Source of the DNA: Candidatus Iainarchaeum sp.
GTDB taxonomy: Archaea; Iainarchaeota; Iainarchaeia; Iainarchaeales; CSSED10-239
Reading direction: 5' to 3'
Assembly: GCA_003559395.1 (NCBI GenBank)
Contig: PWLL01000018.1
Location: forward strand, 1-17,022
DNA length: 17,022 nt
Position 1 is the first letter of the stretch; every line of letters begins with the position of its first letter. This document shows, one piece after another, positions 13,912 to 17,022 of this stretch. The notes below the pieces were generated by a model. The model was given only the letters and a program-made list of their open reading frames with translations. It had not been told where the DNA came from and searched no databases. The position numbers were made by a program, and so were the translations under genes.

Positions 13912-13990
13912 CCTTCTTTTTTCTAATTCCTATTAATTAAAAAGATTTCTATATATAATATATGTATATACTATTTAAAAAAGAGAAATC

Positions 13991-16843
13991 ATGAATAACT
14001 ATCAAGACTATGAAAAAAAATGGCAGAAGATATGGTCAGAAAAACAAATTGGGTTTGTAGATGTTTTAGAGAATAAACCTAAGTTTTTTATTATTTGGGC
14101 GTATCTTACAGTTTCTGGTTTTCATCATATAGGACACATGAGAGGTTTTTCTTATACAGATGCAATTGCAAGATATAAAAGAATGCTAGGTTATAATGTT
14201 TTGTTGCCTGCAGGAGGACACGCTACAGGAAACGGAGCAATTTCAAAAGCAATGAAAGTTAAAGAAAGAGAACCAGAAGTAATAAAACACTATAAAGAAC
14301 ACGGCCTAGAAGAAAAAGAAATAGAACAAATATCTACACCAAACGGGTTTGTTGATTTTTTTACTAAAAGATATGTTAAAGATTATAAAGATTTTGGATT
14401 TTTAGGAGACTGGAGAAGATTTACAGTTACGACAAATAAAGACTATCAAAAATTTATTGAATGGCAATTTAAAAAGTTAAAAGAGAAAAAACTTTTGATT
14501 CAAAAACCATATTATGCAACAGCGTGTGTAAAATGTGGACCAGTTGCAGTTGATCCTTCAGAGATGGATCTTTCAAAAGGTGGAACTGCTCAAAAACATG
14601 AATATACTTTAATAAAATTAAAATATAAAGAACCAAACGAATATGTTGTTGTTGTAACACTAAGACCAGAAACAATGTTTGGTCAAACAAACGTTTGGTT
14701 AGACTATGATGCAACTTATGTAAAAATAAAAGTAGAAGACGAGATTTGGATTGCAAGTAAAGAATTTGCAGAAAAAATAAAATTTCAAAAAGAAAAACCA
14801 TCAATTGTTGGAGAGATAAAAGGAACAGATCTTGTTGGAGATTATTGTTTTGCACCATTAATAGAGAAACAAGTAATTATTCTTCCATCTAACTTTTGTG
14901 ATAAAAAAATAGGCACTGGAATAGTTACTTCTGTACCCTCAGATGCACCCATTGACTGGATGGGGCTATATGACCTTCAACAATCAAAAGAACTTTGTGA
15001 TAAATATGAGCTTGATTTTGAAAAAATAAAACAAATAGAACCAATACCTATAATAAAATCAAAAGACTTTGGAGAATTACCAGCAATAAACCTATGTAAA
15101 AAATTAAATGTTAAATCACAAAAAGATACAGAACTTTTAGAAAAAGCAAAACAAGAAGTTTATAAAAAAGGATTTCATACAGGTGTGATGCTAGACAACT
15201 GTGATAAATATAAAGGAATGAAAGTAGAACAAGCAAAAGAAGATATAAAAAAAGAACTGATATCTAAAAACCAAGCAGATATCTTTTATGATCTTTCTGA
15301 AGAAGTAGTTTGTAGATGTGGAGAGAAAGTTGTTATTAAGAAAGTAGATGACCAATGGTTTATAAAATATTCAGACAAACAACTTACAGAAAAAACAATT
15401 CAACACGTAAAAGAAATGATGATCCTTCCAGAACAATTAAAACAAAACTTTCCAAAAATATTAGAATGGTTTGAAGATAGAGCTTGTGCAAGACAAGGTA
15501 GTTGGTTAGGTACTAAATTTCCTTTTGATGAAAGCTATACAATAGAGCCTATTTCCGATAGTACTCTATATCCTTTGTTTTATCTAATAAGTCTATATAC
15601 AAACCAGAAAATCATTAGTTTAGAACAACTAACAGAAGAGTTTTTTGACTATGTTTTTTTAAATAAAGGAGATTTAAAAGAACTTTCAGAAAAAATAAAA
15701 CTTTCAGAAGAAATTATTAAAAAAATAAGAACAGATGTGTCTTATTGGTATCCACTAGATGTTAACTTAGGAGGAAAAGAACATCAGACAGTTCATTTTC
15801 CTGTGTTCTTAATGAACCATGTTGGCTTATTGCCAAAAGAATATTGTCCACAAGGCATATTTGTTAACTGGTGGGTTGTATCAAAATTTGGAAAAGTATC
15901 AAAATCTAAAGGCGGTATTGGAAACATAAAAGACGAAATCCAAAAATACTCAGTTGATGCAATGAGACTTTTCTATGCAAATGTTGCAAACATATTTACT
16001 GACATATCGTTTAATGAAGAAGATCTTAACAAATATAAACAAAGACTAGATAAAATATTATTGTTTTTTAAAAATATACTAGATGAAAAACTTTCAGAAA
16101 ACAAAACCAATACGGATGCTTGGTTACAATCTAAGTTTAATAAAAGACTTAAGAATATAAAAAAAGCAATGGAGAATGTTGATTTTAAATCAGTAACAGA
16201 CGATATATACTTTAACATATATAATGATTTTACATGGTATCTTAATAGAGGAGGCAACAATAAACAAACAATCTTCTCTCTAATAAACAAATGGATCTTG
16301 ACTTTTGGTTTGTTTACTCCGCATATAGCAGAAGAACTTAATGAGATGTTAGGAAATAAATATTTAGTATCACTATCTAGTTTTCCAAAAGAAGACGCTA
16401 CAAAAATATCAGACGCTTTAGAATCTCAAGAAAAACAAATAGAAGACCTGCTTTCAGATATAAGATCTGTTATAAAAATGAGTGGACTAAACAAGATAAA
16501 TAAAATTACTTTGTTTGTTTCAGAAAATTGGAAATACGATCTTTATAAAGATCTAGAACAACTATTAAACGAAACACAAAATGTAGGACAAATAATTCCA
16601 AAACTTACAGAAAAATATTATACACACAAAAAAGAAGTAGGCTCTTTAGTTACAAGAATTATTAAAAACAGAAGCCTACTTATAACAACAACTAAACAAA
16701 AAGAACAAGAAAATCTTAGAGAAGCAAAAGTATTTTTAGAAAAAACATTTTCTGCAGAAGTAAAGGTTGTTTTTGCAGAAGATACCGATAATTCAAAAGC
16801 AAAACAAGCACTTCCTGGAAAAATTGGTATATTAGTAGAATAG
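13991..16843 (+). CDS. leuS: Leucine--tRNA ligase, archaeal/eukaryal type
   Basis: 950 aa. N-terminus YEKKWQKIW. HIGH motif as HHIGHMRG. ARYKRMLGYNVLLPAGGHATGNGA is the archaeal-type arrangement rather than bacterial PMGWDAFGLP. TLRPETMFGQTNVW and TSVPSDAP belong to the CP1 editing domain. KMSKS motif as KVSKSKG. A long C-terminal tRNA-binding extension is present. Confidence 0.96.
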   Translation: MNNYQDYEKKWQKIWSEKQIGFVDVLENKPKFFIIWAYLTVSGFHHIGHMRGFSYTDAIARYKRMLGYNVLLPAGGHATGNGAISKAMKVKEREPEVIKHYKEHGLEEKEIEQISTPNGFVDFFTKRYVKDYKDFGFLGDWRRFTVTTNKDYQKFIEWQFKKLKEKKLLIQKPYYATACVKCGPVAVDPSEMDLSKGGTAQKHEYTLIKLKYKEPNEYVVVVTLRPETMFGQTNVWLDYDATYVKIKVEDEIWIASKEFAEKIKFQKEKPSIVGEIKGTDLVGDYCFAPLIEKQVIILPSNFCDKKIGTGIVTSVPSDAPIDWMGLYDLQQSKELCDKYELDFEKIKQIEPIPIIKSKDFGELPAINLCKKLNVKSQKDTELLEKAKQEVYKKGFHTGVMLDNCDKYKGMKVEQAKEDIKKELISKNQADIFYDLSEEVVCRCGEKVVIKKVDDQWFIKYSDKQLTEKTIQHVKEMMILPEQLKQNFPKILEWFEDRACARQGSWLGTKFPFDESYTIEPISDSTLYPLFYLISLYTNQKIISLEQLTEEFFDYVFLNKGDLKELSEKIKLSEEIIKKIRTDVSYWYPLDVNLGGKEHQTVHFPVFLMNHVGLLPKEYCPQGIFVNWWVVSKFGKVSKSKGGIGNIKDEIQKYSVDAMRLFYANVANIFTDISFNEEDLNKYKQRLDKILLFFKNILDEKLSENKTNTDAWLQSKFNKRLKNIKKAMENVDFKSVTDDIYFNIYNDFTWYLNRGGNNKQTIFSLINKWILTFGLFTPHIAEELNEMLGNKYLVSLSSFPKEDATKISDALESQEKQIEDLLSDIRSVIKMSGLNKINKITLFVSENWKYDLYKDLEQLLNETQNVGQIIPKLTEKYYTHKKEVGSLVTRIIKNRSLLITTTKQKEQENLREAKVFLEKTFSAEVKVVFAEDTDNSKAKQALPGKIGILVE

Positions 16844-16852
16844 ACTTATTTA

Positions 16853-16912
16853 TTGGGCGGACACACTTTTTATTTTGTACCCACCCAAAGATGTTTTTGT
16901 TAAAAAAAACAT
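16853..16912 (+). terminator. Two consecutive hairpins downstream of leuS, candidate transcription terminator
   Basis: Hairpin 1: TTGGGCGG (16853-16860) pairs with CCACCCAA (16881-16888) at 7 of 8 positions. Its 20-nt loop contains T5 and T4 tracts. Hairpin 2: ATGTTTTT (16891-16898) pairs with AAAAACAT (16905-16912). The first stem is a conspicuous GC island in AT-rich spacer DNA. Confidence 0.3.
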
Positions 16913-17022
16913 ATCATTAGATTAATAAATATATTTACACTATATATTATATCTGTCAAAAGACAAGTTAGTTTAAGATTATATTTAAATAATAAATTTG
17001 ATAAAAATGATCATAGGAATAG

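Noticed and set aside
14469-16290. Minus-strand ORFs 14469..14858 (129 aa) and 15973..16290 (105 aa) inside leuS
   Set aside because: They are antisense to an unambiguous LeuRS coding region. Their Leu/Gln/Phe-rich low-complexity translations are what one expects from the reverse complement of Lys/Glu-rich coding sequence.
1-17022. CRISPR array, rRNA genes, IS elements or transposases
   Set aside because: I saw no regularly spaced direct repeats with unique spacers, no rRNA-like GC-rich structured stretches, and no terminal inverted repeats flanking a transposase-like ORF. The only tandem repeat is the 120-nt coding repeat at 1-360.
17007-17022. ATG ATC ATA GGA ATA G at the right edge, a possible start of a downstream gene
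   Set aside because: Only five codons are visible, with no clear SD. That is too little sequence to support a feature.

Overview
This is a very AT-rich, gene-dense prokaryotic window. Its proteins are rich in K, N and I. I infer a small-genome archaeon (DPANN-like) from three things: an archaeal/eukaryal-type 950-aa leucyl-tRNA synthetase, a compact Bud23/WBSCR22-like methyltransferase, and a CARDB/COG1361-type surface protein. Many genes also carry GGAG-type ribosome-binding sites.

Contents from left to right:
- The 3' end of a cysteine-rich acidic repeat protein. It is not in the ORF track. It consists of three exact 120-nt tandem modules with knottin-like C-C-CC-C-C spacing.
- A 451-aa protein that looks like a fusion of two triphosphate-tunnel domains (VTC-like plus CYTH-like).
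- Three small membrane proteins on the minus strand (PLDc_N-like, unknown, BofA-like).
- A cysteine synthase family enzyme with an odd start region.
- A small accessory patch: a ribbon-helix-helix gene, a winged-helix gene, and an unannotated RelE/ParE-like toxin ORF that has an in-frame TAA at codon 4. This patch sits next to tRNA-Thr(UGU).
- An orphan 260-aa protein.
- A six-gene minus-strand operon: small TM protein, Xre HTH regulator, ABC ATPase, MacB/FtsX permease, CARDB-repeat surface protein, second MacB/FtsX permease.
- An MscS-type channel, the Bud23-like methyltransferase, a secreted C-terminally anchored protein, and leuS.

I saw no CRISPR array, rRNA, transposase or integrase. All homology calls come from motif recognition by eye and need HMM or structure searches to confirm.
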